Assembly (NCBI GenBank): GCA_002633005.1
Contig: NMRA01000851.1
Location: 1-64,000, forward strand
Length of the DNA: 64,000 nt
Reading direction: 5' to 3'
Source: Phoronis australis
Taxonomy: Eukaryota; Animalia; Phoronida
Below the pieces are notes generated by a model. That model was not told the DNA's origin. It saw nothing but the letters and a program-made list of their open reading frames with translations, and did not search any database. The number at the start of each line of letters is the position of its first letter. Position 1 is the first letter of the stretch. This document shows positions 25,137 through 40,100 of the stretch, piece after piece. Position numbers and translations under genes: made by a program.

Positions 25137-28100
25137 CTGCAAGGTTATGCAGTAAGCTTAGATATAATTAGGCAGCTCTTTCAAAAGTTGCAAAACAGTT
25201 CCTTGAACGTTTGGATACTGTGATACCACCAATTATCGGCATTATGGAATGATGTACATGTAACAGCGTGTACAGCCCAGGTGGTTCGCTCTTTATCAGT
25301 GGCAGGAGGAGAAGCAGAGTGATAGGATCAAGTACATGTACATGTAGCATAGCGTTACACATTAATTATCAGAACGACGTAACACTAGAGCATTCCGATG
25401 ATTGGTTGGAGTCTCACGATAACACATTCCAATTGGCCAATGTTGAGATACATGCACGTGTAATGCATAGGTGCAGATAGGCCAGGGCTGCGGCTAATTT
25501 GCACGGTCAAGATATTAAAATCTAGGGGTAAGCCAGGCTTGGAGACAGTTTTTAGTTACGTGTTGCATATAGGCTTAGCGAAAGTGGATTATTTGTACAT
25601 GTAATTGTCAACATGTTGAGAATGAGAAAATACCACTTGCTTTTCTGCCGCTATGCTCTTCCTCAAGAAGGTGGCACCGTGTTACAGTTTACATTTGTGT
25701 CCTGCTGGTTAGCGACTGAGGAATTGCCTGCGATCTCAGGTAACCAAGCCAGTTTTGCAAAAAAACTTGTTACTTGATGGTACTTTTAGACCACATTTTA
25801 GAATCTGGAGGAAGTTTGCCTTCAGAATATAATCATGGCTTACTTCAAGCATCGGCAAGGAAGTGGGGGTGGGGGTGAAAAGTACCAATTTTGTGACTTT
25901 TTGCTCATTTTTTCTTTGCCTACTTTACTTTTCACTAGGAGTAAAAGGGTCAAAAATACAACACACGATAACTTCTTTGTCCTCATTTGTCAGGTTTTGA
26001 ATGTGGAAAGAGTCAAAACAAGTCATTATTTGCATAAGGTTTTCGAAAGAATGAAGAAAAAGTGACAAATCCAACGGTGCATGTTTTGCTAGGCGAAACC
26101 TAGTGAGAACTGTTTATTCTTGTTTTGGCTTGCTATTGCCGCTCACAACACGTCAGACACAATAGTCGTTTTTTACACATCCATGATTTCAAGGTAAGAA
26201 AACAATTCTCACTTTCCGACTTATTTCTGCACCATATGTAGGGTGCTACGACACAGAAATAACGCAAATAGGATCTTTTATAATAGACAAAACTGAAACA
26301 AAACGTGTTTTAACTGTCATTTTATTTTAAAACTTTACTTTGAATTGTAATTATAGAAGAAAATGAAAAAACCTCCGAGAAACACGATGTCGCACAAGCA
26401 GTTGCAATCAGTATCCCTGCTGCACACCCAAAAGGACAGGAGCATTGATTTGTACATGTACATGTACTGACAAACCTCAAAGAAAGACAACTGCGTTCGT
26501 TAACTGATGAAACTCATGCACGAGTTTTGTTTCTACGTACAGTTGGTGCTTCAATAATGTCTTCACGTAACCATGTAAAATCACGAGAGAATATTAGACA
26601 CATTTGGACGTAAGTACTCAATTACTTGTTCCAAATAACCAACAATCGAACCGCCCGAACAACTTTTTAACGGTCAAAACTATTGTCGATTTTGAATTTC
26701 GAATAATTATTATAAACAGCTTATTATTTAAAATGACTTATTCTTATTAAAATGACGTAAGCAAAAAATTGAATTTCGTACCTCAAAAGCGAGGACCCCT
26801 ATATTAATATAGGGGGCCTCGCTGAACGGAGGCCGGAGAGCGGGGCCTCCTATATTAATATAGGCGACCCCGCCGAAAGGAGGCCGGAGAGCGGGGCCCC
26901 CTATATTAATATAGGGGNNNNNNNNNNNNNNNNNNNNNNNNNNNNNNNNNNNNNNNNNNNNNNNNNNNNNNNNNNNNNNNNNNNNNNNNNNNNNNNNNNN
27001 NNNNNNNNNNNNNNNNNNNNNNNNNNNNNNNNNNNNNNNNNNNNNNNNNNNNNNNNNTTTCGAAAGAATGAAGAAAAAGTGACAAATCCAACGGTGCATG
27101 TTTTGCTAGGCGAAACCTAGTGAGAACTGTTTATTCTTGTTTTGGCTTGCTATTGCCGCTCACAACACGACAGACACAATAGTCGTTTTTTACACATCCA
27201 TGATTTCACGGTAAGAAAACAATTCTCACTTTCCGACTTATTTCTGCACCATATGTAGGGTGCTACGACACAGAAATAACGCAAATAGGATCTTTTATAA
27301 TAGACAAAACTGAAACAAAACGTGTTTTAACTGCCGTTTTATTTTAAAACTTTACTTTGAATTGTAATTATAGAAGAAAATGAAAAAAACTCTGAGAAAC
27401 ACGATGTCGCACAAGCAGTTGCAATCAGTATCCCTGCTGCACACCCAAAAGGACTGGAGCATTGATTTGTACATGTACATGTACTGACAAACCTCAAAGA
27501 AAGACAACTGCGTTCGTTAACTGATGAAACTCATGCACGAGTTTTGTTTCTACGTACAGTTGGTGCTTCAATAATGTCTTCACGTAACCATGTAAAATCA
27601 AGAGAGAATATTAGACACATTTGGACGTAAGTACTCAATTACTTGTTCCAAATAACCAACGATCGAACCGCCCGAACAACTTTTTAACGGTCAAAACTAT
27701 TGTCGATTTTGAATTTCGAATAATTATAGCGCTTTACCCAAAAATGGCAAACTAATTCTTGCCTACCTCAGTCAAACGCAAAAAATACATGTGCACTGAT
27801 GCGTCCTCAAACTTGTTTGAAAACGAAAACCAATGAATTCCATAATCAAAATCGCAAACCCTTGAAAATGCACTGCAGCATACATGTAGATTCCTTAAAA
27901 CACTACATTTACACTACACTTGTTCATGTATGAACTGGTGAAAACACAACTTAACGATCGTACACGTAATGCCAGATACTGGTGAGGACGGAAGCGACTT
28001 GAAAACGCAAAAATACATGCCCTGTTGGTCATATCAACGTACATGTATTTGTGTCACAGGAAAAACTTTTGAAAACGACACGATTGGGGTGCACGGTCTA

Positions 28101-31100
28101 CCTTTTAAAAACGCAACCAGACGTTGTTTAAAGGTAACAGACCACCCTACTACCAGTAGTTCACGACTGGTCGCCAACTCGTTTCGGACCGTTCGACCAA
28201 TGAATCGTGACCTGTACTGTAAATCAAGACTAAGCATAGATTAGTTCCAACGTCGTACCTTTTTAACAATGATCACGCTATAACGGATGATTGTCAGACT
28301 GTTACATACTTACCGATGGATGTCCCGTTTGGCAAGTTCGCGTCAGCTGAATACCACTCATCGACAGTATCATTTTCGCTGTAGTCTGAAAGAAATAAAA
28401 AACAGATTAGCACTGGACTACTGTACCTGTCTACATTGACCAAATCGAATATAATAAAAATGCCAAAATTAAAAACACATGTTATAGTTATAATAAGGTC
28501 AGCTTTAAATAACTAAGCATTTCAAAAACGTCACCTGGCTACGGATCAGTTCAATATTAATCGGCCACACACCGTCTGGTTGTCTTAGCTGTTGCGACCA
28601 AACGATGCGTCAGAATCCAGCGAGATGTTGACGACTACTTCTCGTTCTCCTAGCAATGAAAATATAACTACGTACAGAGCAAACGCAGTCCTTGGAACTG
28701 GATCGGTTTTCCCAGCACTCACCATTAACAACGACTTTCGCGTTTTGTCTGGTGTTGTCCTTGAGTGTTAATTCCTCCAAAGCCTCAGGGTCTGAATAAG
28801 AAGAACGTGTACTAACATCTCAGTACAACGCTAGGAGTTCAAATCGAGTACCAGTTGACAAGAATCTGTATGGGTCTGGTTATATACTGTACAGTTGCAC
28901 CTTGCAGTGAAAGAGCACATAGGTGCGTGAGCTATTCCAAACTATAAGTTCCTTCAAGGCGCTCACTTTTGGAGGAAAAACATTCATCGCACCGAATTAG
29001 TGGGAGGTCATACATATCAAGGAGGACAATGGACAAGTAATCGTCTTCCCCAGATCATAAGCACTCCGTTTAGTTTAGTTCAAGGATTTCATGTTTTGCT
29101 CACATGTACTTAGTGTCCTGTTGGTGTTGGATTTTAGTGATTTTATAACCTCCAGAGGAGTAAGTCATCGAGATCCGATATGGATCTTGTAATTGCTTGG
29201 GAATTGATTGATGTAGATGTACACCTTATCCCATACTAGAGTTCACCGAACCGGGTGATAACTTTTAAATCCGGTTTTAAGAAAATACCCGCGCAAGTCA
29301 CTTTGTGAACATTTTGATGAACTATATAAATAATATTCATTGAAAGAAAATAATTTATTCATCATTTGTTAGGTCTTATTGGCAGATTTCAATGTGTGTA
29401 CTATTCTTCTGTGCCCGGTTGCATGAAACAGTACCTAATTAGGGACTTAACCAAGTTCCCAAACTACGTAGTTAAGTCCGTATAAGGATTTTGTTTAAGG
29501 ACTGTTGCATAAAAAGGTCCCACACTCGGTCCTTATTGGGAATGCCCTATATCCGAAGTAGGTTCCCAAAGCCGTGGCTAAGGTCGCTTAATATGGCATA
29601 ATTATTGTCAACGAGAGAATACCTGCCGCATTTACGTCCTGTGTTCCACCATTTGAATGATTGTTTGAATAAAGTGCACACTCAGTGTGCATTATCTGAG
29701 AATTCCAGTTTTCAACTGCTGTTGAGAGAGCGGACGATGTATTGTGGCCGCCCACGCGAATGCAAATTAAAAACCAGTAAGGCGAACTGGTGAGAATACC
29801 ATAATCTCCGGTAGGAGTCGCCGCACTTCCCAACGCGCTGTTAAATTCGTCTGCCCTGCGTAATAAGTGAGACGTGGGGTAAGTCGTGGCACTATAGTAA
29901 TCGATAAATTCAGTTTACGATGGAAGTACTACATGTACTTCAGTGGGTGAGATCACGCATTTCCTGTTCGACAACTCTAGCTTCTTTCCAACGTTTCTAA
30001 CTATCATGAATATCCCAACCCTTGAACATCTAAATCTTGTTTAGCTCACTGCCGCTAAACGTCGCGATCGGATTTGTTATGTCACGAAAAATTCTTTTTT
30101 CAACAATATGAGCTTGATCGGCCATTTTATTGCTAGGAACTCAACTTAGAAACTTACTTTAGGTAACCCCAAAAGTTGAGTCTCTATTTAATGCCTAAAC
30201 TAACTGGGAACTTTTCATGCAACAGTCCCTAAAGACCAAAGGACATTCCTAACATTTTGGTACTGTCTCTTGCAACCGGGCACAGATCTTTTCCTGAGCA
30301 TACGATCTCATTTTGTCTGAAACGGACTATATAACCGCAAAGTAACGCTGTTCTTGAGAACAACTCTATGGCTTGCGAGAGTTGACGGCAGCCAGTAGGT
30401 TACATGCAATGGCATAAATGAGATAGCTTTGTACTTACATGTACCAACCTGTTCCCGTTTATCAGTCGCTGTAATGCAAGCATACAAATTAAATTCTCCA
30501 ACGTGAGACGAGAAGCGCTTCGATCCGTTAGAACATATCGTACCTCCAGTTAGTTTAGTGTATGCCGTAAGCACGTGATAACCCGTTACTTCGCCGAGGT
30601 TCTTTATCTCTCCGTTTAATTACCTAATGCTTGACCATGGATTTGGTTTGACAACGAATGGTCCTCATTCAAGGTCAAGTATTGGCAGATCATAACAATC
30701 AACACGCGCCTTACTTGATGGCAAAATTGGGAACCGGGCCAGGCTTCTAGCACATCTACATGTATACCTGACAATTGGCACACATCACACATGTGCTACT
30801 GTATAATGTATTCTCCGCGGTACCATTGGTGTGCAATATGCTTACACATTGAAAGAAGCTCCCATGTTGCAAGCTATTCAATCTCCTGTTTCATGTAGCA
30901 AACCGAAGTCACTTACAGTGTAGTTCTACGGGTTTTTGAACAGCAGGTCATCAATTGAAAGCAGGTGAATGTTTTACTATGAGACTGACTTTTTTAGTAA
31001 TAATGTAATCATAACCAAAAACTTATAGACCCCCTTCATTTTAGGCTAGGCCCGCGCATGAGACAAAATTCTGGTTATTTATGAGCCCTNNNNNNNNNNN

Positions 31101-34100
31101 NNNNNNNNNNNNNNNNNNNNNNNNNNNNNNNNNNNNNNNNNNNNNNNNNNNNNNNNNNNNNNNNNNNNNNNNNNNNNNNNNNNNNNNNNNNNNNNNNNNN
31201 NNNNNTTCATAGTTCTTTGATGGATATCCATGGACTTCATTTCAAGTCATCTATTTATTAGCTGACTCTGCTTTCCTTTTACAGATTGATTCAATTCAAT
31301 CTGTGGCTCATATACGCCATCTTTGCTGTTTTTAGTGTTTTTTGTGGTACCCGCCTTTCTTTTACCCAATCCGCTCTAATCGTATGTGTGTTCCTACGGG
31401 AGTGAGGACTTGGTGATGATTTTCAGATGTTTCCGGCTACTGTGTTACATCATACATGTAGTTTGAGTTTCGTTTCTCGCATAAATCATTTACAGGAACT
31501 TCGTTAAATTTGGCAAGTCTTCTAATGAAAATGACAACATAATATGGCGACTTTTGAATGGATCCAACTACCATTCTCTGTGGATGTATTATTTCTCCCA
31601 ACGTCCTATTCATCTTCAAATTTCATTGACATGTTTCGCAGCAGCGGTCTAAAGTTTGCTGAAATTGGCGTTGTAGTTCCACATCAAGTCATATCCCCGA
31701 AACGTCCGATATTATCGTGCAATTACTCTTACATGTCCTTATAATACCGACCGAAATCGGTGTATATTTCTGATACGCTCGCTTCTCTACTATAATTCTT
31801 TCGTTTCTTATTGAATCGGAGTGATTACATGTAACTGTTTTGACCCCCAGATGCTGCCATCATCCTCTCACTTTGCTTGCGAAGTCAGGGCTGCACATCC
31901 CGTTTTATTTGATACAAAACTGGCATACCACAAACTTAACCTGAATTCATAAATAATTGCCTGACTTCCCATGTTCTCTGCGGCCTGTAATTAGTCAGAT
32001 AACGAGTAGCCGTGTCGCACCCAATTTCTGCGTACATGTACCAAAGCGGCCCAGGCTAGAAAACAGTCATTCTCACATCACGTCTATTCGCGCTCCGGGG
32101 AAAACAGTACATGTACAATAACCCTTGAGGAGTGCTCTTTTGGGGAATACCCTGCCCTCGTAGCGTGTTTTAATGATTCTGAAACGCGTGTCGATTGACG
32201 TCATATGTGGTTTACGTACATGTACATGTAGTTGCTAATTAGAATTTACACATTACCAAAGAAGGCCGATTATAGAGTGGTTAACTTAAGCGGTGAGATT
32301 GTCGTTGTCGTAAGTAGTTCTTCTGCGGCTGTAATAATTGAAAGGGATGAATAGGTTGAGGTCTTACCCATACACCTGACGATGCCAGTGAAATGTGAAA
32401 TAGCTAGGATGCAAGAATATTTAAACGGCGACTGAACCCTATTTTGATGAATTAATCGAATCCTGGCTCAATCACCTGCTGATACGACATTGGCGTCAGT
32501 CTTGAGCGGCAAAAGCAGAAATCAGCCACAAACTCGTACTCCCTCTGTCAAAGATTGAATATTATGATTCTTGGTGGGTGATCACTGAGTTGCCGGGTAA
32601 ATCCTATGAAGCTCAAATCACGCTTAATTATTCGTGCAAAAGTCTTTGAAAAGAATTTTCACAATGTCCTCCAAACATAGGCGGCGCACCGTGCACATAG
32701 TCGGCGCACCATACAGTAAGTGGCCGGAAGTTTTAGCCCCGCCCTTTTTTCAATGCTGCACCGCCCATGCCAAAGTTTTGAAGATTTTTGGGGTTTAACC
32801 GTGCTTCAGTGAACTGTTTATATGAATCACTTGGAATATTTCTAATTAGGCAGATCACGAGTAGCCGCATCGCACCCCATTTCTGCGTACCAAAGCAGCC
32901 CAGGCTAGGACCCAGTCCTTGATCAAACCACGTCTGTGTGTGCTCTTGGAAAACAGTACAATAACCCTTGAAGGGTGCTCTTTTGGGCTAACCCTGCTCT
33001 CGTAGCATGTTTTAATGATTCTGGACCGCGTGTCGATTGGCGTCAAATGTGGTTTAAGTAGCTGCTCATTAGAATTTACAGAGAAGGCTGATTACATTTA
33101 CAGCACCATGTGTTTGTGGTTAACTTACACGGTGAGATTGTCCTTGTAAGTAGTTCTTCTGTAGCTGTAAATAAAGGGATGAATACATGTAGATTGAGGT
33201 GATAGTTTTGCCGGTAAACCTCACGACAGGAGAGAAATGTGAAATAGCTAGAATGCAAGAGTATTTAAACGGATACTGAACCCCGTTTAGAAGTCTTTGG
33301 GAAGAGTTTTTAAAATGTCCTCCAAACATGGGCTGCGCACCGTGCACATGGGCGGCGCACAATATGACGCCAAGAGCTTTAGCCCCTCCCTTATTACAGT
33401 GCAGCGCCGCCCATGCTTTGAAGCTTTTCTGGGGTTTGTTGTACTTCAGTGAACTGTATAGATAAGTCGATTGGAACATTTGCTAACATGCCAGAGCAGA
33501 TTTGGAATCATTTTAAGCATCTCGTACCTCCCGTAGTTGTGAGTACAGGTAACCAGATTCAGAATTATCAAGACATTTCACGTTAGACTACGCCCTGACA
33601 GCTAGATTACCTAAAATTAAGACGACACGGCAGAAAAAAACGAGCACATATCAAGTATTAAATGGGGGTTGACGTAACCTCGGCAGTCATTGTTTAGATT
33701 TTCCACAAAGAAAAACAATGCCGTGATGTTAACTATTTTAAATTATGTCAATATCATTGCGAGCCAACTTTTTTCAACAGCCGTGCGCTTGAAGCAAAAA
33801 CAATAGACACTGGTCTGCCCTATTTCACCAGTATGCTAGTCATACAGTTTGAATGCAAGCCAGCAACGTTAACGAAAGTCAGTAACAATTGAAAAACGCA
33901 CTCCGAAACGACACAAAAATAACTTTACATATTTCTTAAACTTATTCCAATTAAGCACCGATTTGCCAGGAAACAGACAAAAGACCATATCCGCATTATA
34001 CTTCTGCATCAATTTTGCCGGTTTGTTTTCGTAAAAACGCCGGCGTAAAACTTTTCCCGAGGAAAATTGAATGATTCATGCGTGTCCCCTTCCCTTAGCA

Positions 34101-37100
34101 GACACCCCATGAACCAGTAAGAATATCACCAAGCATTGCCCTGTTTTCGGTTAGAGATTTGTCAGATATCTGCAAAGAAAATGATCTTTTCATATTGACG
34201 CTCTCTACTGTAGTGACAGCACGAATTTCATATCGGATTGGTCTCGACTCAGATTTGGGGGACAGGAATTCAATTACTACTCAGTGGTCCATTAAACCAT
34301 TCACACCATGGTCATGCATGAGTGAATCCGTTTACCAAAAATGTTGGTATGATATTTTAATTATTCCTTCTTCAATCTGTGTATTTTTAATCAAGAAATA
34401 TATGCAAAATTCCAAAAAAAATCATTGTGACGTGATCAGTGAGCCTGGGACCTGCTTCAAGAAACTGACTTAATTTTGTTTTTGATTTCAGTTTAAGATT
34501 TTTCTTAACTTTCAAACACTGAAACGTCCACATTCGGTAAGAAAGTCAAAATTAAGACAAAACTTATGCCAAACACATGAGTAAAACTTATGATTTCTTT
34601 CTTGAATTGGCTTTGAGACAAATAAATCTTTTATTCCAAATTTTACACAATAATAAGAAATGTCTTAGCTACAGGTAAGTCTGTTTTGTCGGAACGGGCC
34701 TAAGGTCTCTATCATTGTGTAATTCTACACCAGTCGTAATGTTCTAAAAAACTGAGTCTTATGAAAGTTGTACATACATGTATGAGCAGATTATGCAGTA
34801 ATAGCAATCGAACAGACAATATTTCAATGTTTACATTTCATGAAGTCACAAGCACAGGTTCGTTCGTCAGACACGGATACATAGACGGCGTCACGGTGTA
34901 GCAAACGATCAGTTCAAGGGGTGCGCCGTGCCAGTCATCCCATTTTGAAGAATTTTCGTTCGATCCGTGGCAGAATCGGGAGATTTTGGGATTGTTTATC
35001 CAAAGATTACATGTAAATGCACTCGATGGGGAAAAACGATTGTGCTGTGCCATTGCTGGGGACGAGCATGAGCCTCAATATCGTATTGTGACTTAAATAA
35101 CGAACGTCAGTCTATTCTTATTCAAATGCGTGTTATACACAGATACGTCAAACTCCATTCGTAGAAAAGGTAATGTAGATGCCTCCCAAATAGTTTGAAA
35201 TCGCGACCGCAACCGACACAGAGGCTTGAGCTTGACACAGGAACGAAATAGTGAATCGATCGATCTCAACAGTACAAAACTTTCACAAAAACAATATTTT
35301 GGAACATAAAAGACAGAAATGAGTATCGTTATCCATTAAAATCCATTTAACATCATTATAATTAAATATGATTGTTCCTGACAATCCCACTCGAAATTCG
35401 AAGAAATAAAATCAGTGTCGGCTATTCGCGACTGGGCTTTGACAGGCTAAAAACTTCGGTTAGATCTACATTCGAAGACACCCATTATCCAACACTTAAG
35501 TGGTTAGAAAATTAAATATTGATTCAATAAATATGCTTTAATCTCTACTCTGAAATCAGAACTGTCTGCAGACAGAGTAGGCTCCAACTAGGTGTCACTC
35601 GCAGAAGATGCTGCTGCGGGAGTGTCGAGTTCGTACGGCATCAAACACGCAGTCTGCCAATAATGCGAGATCTAACTTCGTACTGCCTGCTTTTTCTTTG
35701 ACCTCAGTGACCCATTTAACCCCATCTCCACACTGACCTACAAAATCACCTCTATCCACCGCTGTATATACTGTATACGTGTTCAACGTCTTTCACGTGG
35801 GGGAAACCAAAAATCTCAAATTTTTCTTTAAAATTCAAAATTCCTTAACTATTTCCCAAAATAAGTGCTTGCTTAGTTAGACTTTGGGTTATAAATTTAC
35901 TATAAGCTGTGCAAATCTACTAAAAGTGGACAGGTCCTTTGTGGGAACGCTTTAACATGAAAGCAGAGGATTAAATGGCACTTGTCAGTCGCTCCCCAGA
36001 TTAGTACATGTATAAGTTCACAGTGGGAAATGTATGAAGCATGACGTCCTTGTTCATCCATCGATAGTTCAAAAGGTTTGTGTTTGCTGGAAGTCTTTGG
36101 TACATCCCACCGCGAAAGAGTTAACATTTCCTGTATGATAACAGCAAAAAGTCTAAAACGCCGTTTATACCACTACGCTGGACCGCCCGCATTGCACGGG
36201 ATCTCTAGGCAGCTCTGAACGCCTGTCCAACATAAACCCGATTGCCGTCTGGCGGAGTCACGAATTTCAGTATGGCACGTCTATTTCGAGTCAGCTATTA
36301 TATGATATCCCTATTCCAAACAGAATGAAACCAACCAATGAACCGCACACCTATATTTGCATCCATTACATGGTGAAGAAGAGGAATATCCCTTCATTTC
36401 TATCCGTAAATTCAATTTCATTGTTAAAAGCAAACCAATGACAATATTTTTTTCATTCCAATGTCTTATAGAAACGATGCCCACATGGACGCATTAGAAT
36501 AAAATATCAAATAGCTAATATGAAAGTGTATTTAATTGTCTTGTCTTTCCCAAAGTTACATGTACAGCTGAACCGCATTCAGAATTATCAAGGCGATCCG
36601 GGTCAAACTGCGTCCACACAACAAGATAACCCAAAAACGAACACGGCTGAAATGAAAATCGATGGATAGTGCCCTCTGCAGAGGTCGGCCCACAAAGTTT
36701 ATTTATACAATAACATGTGACCAATGGCTGGCTTCATAAGATTCTGACGTCATTAGGTTGACTGAAATCGGGTCATTTTAAACTAATCTACCACCGTTCG
36801 GTGAAATGCCTCAAGATCGAGACTGCTTTGGCCAATACCGGAAGTTCGCCCGATATGGAGTAGAATAGGCTTAATGTGGAGCTGTTGAATTTCCATTAGA
36901 AAATGACTGTCATCACTGTAAACTGTCCGAGCACACATTCCACTGATATTTGTATTTAAGTAACTTATTAAATGTAGGAGTCCCATGCCAAGTCAAATTC
37001 TACAAGGAATACTTTTGAGCATGTTCGTACTTTGATTATTACGCTTTATCTGCCAACAGTTCTGACTGTTAAGTCGACACGATTAGTCAGAAGTTTAACC

Positions 37101-40100
37101 AGGGTTAACAGATAATGAATTTAGCTTCGCTCAGTCGAAGAAACTCCACGTTACGGTAAAAGCCTGAAGCAGTTGAATTTTAAAAATCAAAATACAGAGC
37201 AAGCTTTACCGCTATCAAAATCGTTTAGTAAAATTGGAGAAACTGTAATGAAGCCAATGAAAGATCATTTTACTACCATTATAACATGCAAGAAAAATAA
37301 CGTTGTTTTGGATGTTTTTGTGTATATGTTCAATGTTTTGGAAAATTCACTCACTTGGCCACACTTCGACTTCACACAACGTCAAATTTGCGTTCCGCGG
37401 ATTCTGGGATTCGATTCGCACAGTTTTGCCAGTCAAAACGTTTGTGCAGGGGGTTTCTACAACACGTCCCTTTGGCACGCCAAGGCTGCTAAAGCAGAGA
37501 TTTTTTGTACCATCATCCCGTAACACGTATGCATTAATGGGAGGCACCGCTACATCTTAAAGTAAAATATAACATACATGTATAACACCGTTAGCGATGC
37601 ATCGTATTCTGGCTATTGCAAACAACAGTGAACTGTTGAGATCACGTCAGTGGCACGGGATTTGCAATCACACACATTTTGGTAAAGGCGACGAAAATGG
37701 TTGACACTGGTCTGCTAGGGTGCGGTCGGCAGAAGTATGGGGGGAGGCGGTCGGCAGAAGTATGGGGGGAGGCGGTCGGCAGAAGTATGGGGGGAGGCCA
37801 TATCAAAAAACACCTGTGAGCTTCCACTACACCTTAATTGTCAAGACAATTGCATTGCAAGCGAAGTTTAAAAAGCTTTCTTGTAATCAGCGGTGTTCCA
37901 TTGCGTGGTGGGTAATTACTAGGAAAACCTGATAAGAAAAATACAAAGACATATTGTGGCTTTAAAAGCCCGAATAGTCCTTTTGCGAATTTCTAACAAT
38001 AACGTAAAATTCTGTAAGACTAAGGTGTGTCGCTTCTGAAAACAAATCAGTTGTCCTTGCCAGTTGACCCGGCGGAACAGGTGAATATACCCACTGGCAA
38101 ACACGAAAAAACATGTGCGCTCTCTATTTCACCAAACCAAGCCATACCTCGACCGGGGAAGATACCCATTACAATATATTAAACAAACAAGTGCTCTCTA
38201 TTTCACGAAATCTAAACCATACCTCGACTGGACGAGATAGTTAGACTAGCTATTTTATATTCGCCCTCCAAATCCACTTCCCACCAAGTCTCGTTTATGC
38301 TCATTGCGTGCGCGCAAGAAAGGAACATCTCAACATGGTCTCGGCTGCCGTCTACGGCCAGTTTGGATTCTGGTGAAGTGTCGCCTGAAGACTGTCTTGT
38401 CGGTTTCCCTTGTGATATAGGTTTCGCTGCAAAAAACACAAGATCAAAATCATTAGTTTAAGCTCAGGAGTAGAAATTGGCGGGCAGTTCACAATTCCCA
38501 ACTGGGTTTTATGATGCACTGATTCAACTACATGTAATATTTAGCAAAAACTCGTCTAAACGATACTGCCATCAGTAATGCAGCAACACGAAACTACTCT
38601 TTTTCACCCGATTATGTATTCTTCGTGAATTCGTACCACTGAGGATTTCTCCTCAGTTGCTACCCTCGAAATTCTTGTTTCATTTTGGCACCACCATAAC
38701 CAAACTATTGAGAATGTCCCGTTTTCTATTTTTCCGCTGCTTCAGTTATCATTCTATTCCAACATGTTTGCATCCAGCTTCATGAAACAGTTCTAGTATA
38801 GAGAATGAACCTGTACTATGCAACTTGAATACACATGTAACTGCTAAAGCATGAAAACCTCACAACTCAACATATTCTCGCCAGCCTTCATGTACTTACG
38901 TGTACATCGAGGAATGTTGCAATAGTCCCAACGCCTCTGGCCGGATTCAGGCCCATAGAGGTAGCACCAGGGGCCACCAATGCTGCGATCGGCATTCCGG
39001 CAAAAATTGTAGTCTAGTTCTCTTAAATATACGTCTCTGGTGAAAGAACCTAACCCCGATAGTTTGTTCGGTGCCCAGTGCCACGGCTGACACAAGTGAT
39101 CGTTTTTAGATACGGATACTTTTCCTCTGAAGGCAGTTCCAAGGTCATCCTCTTTGCATGACTTGTTGGGAGATAAATCTACCGAGGCAGGCGCATTATA
39201 ATGCTGAGTGAACTACACTTAATAGAGTCATCATGCTGTAGCTCTGACAAGAGGAAGTCGGTAGATAAGATAATCCATTTCCTGCACTCCCTGTTGCCAA
39301 TGTGCACCAATTCGTGTGGAAATACCTACGTCGTTTATGCAGTTGAAATACTGCATTTTCAGTTGGTTATCAAATCAAACGTATGGAGAATTGCGAATTA
39401 ATTTAATTCTTTCTAATGATAATCATTAGTTTCCTCTCAGTTAAACAATATACATGTGTGTATGCAATTTTACTCTAATCACAGCAACACCAACGGCGTC
39501 GTTCATTTAACACCGGTTGGGTATTTCTTCCAGGTTGTGAGGTAGTTAAGTTTCTATCAGAAAAGAAATGCGACATGTAACGTGACAAAGAAATATATCA
39601 CGATATCATCATGCAGGCTACTCCAAAATACCCACGTGTTTGACAGTAGTCTGGAAATCGGTCGGTACCACTCACCTTGGCAGATCTTAGATGCCTGCTT
39701 CTTCCACGGGTGACAACTTTGACCTTTCAGACTGCCCTCTTTGCAATCCCGAGTTCTTGAACGGGTATGGGTCTCCTTGTCACACGGGCCCCAGGGCGTC
39801 CATTGCCCAAACTGTACTTCATATGTGTCTGAAATCATGAAAACGTGGACCCAGAAACTGCGCTAACACACACACTGAGTCCGCTAAACTTCCCATGGTT
39901 CTCACAGGTTATCGACTGCAAGTACCATCTCCGCCTTTTGGAAGTTGAAAATCGCGCGAAAATTCACGTTATCTTTCCTCTCAAATAAGTGGCAAAGGTA
40001 TTGTTTTTTATTAGTGAAGCTGAATCTTATGAATATTTGGGTTTATATGGGTTCACAAACTGTACATGTATGTACATGTATGTGTGACCACGTTTATTTA

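Noticed and set aside
24938-25171. + strand 77-aa ORF
   Set aside because: Antisense shadow of the minus-strand TM exon.
26796-26917. CRISPR-like array (palindromic repeat with spacers)
   Set aside because: The spacers are near-identical to each other, the context is eukaryotic and there are no cas genes.
34838-35055. Kringle-like open frame (C..W...FC...CYT)
   Set aside because: The first Cys is created by a TACATGTA motif, there is no suitable donor, and the spacing is poor.
35595-35737. Candidate terminal exon (GQCGDGVKW...FCE*)
   Set aside because: No recognisable domain or good donor, and a better TM terminal exon lies downstream; it cannot be excluded as an alternative end.
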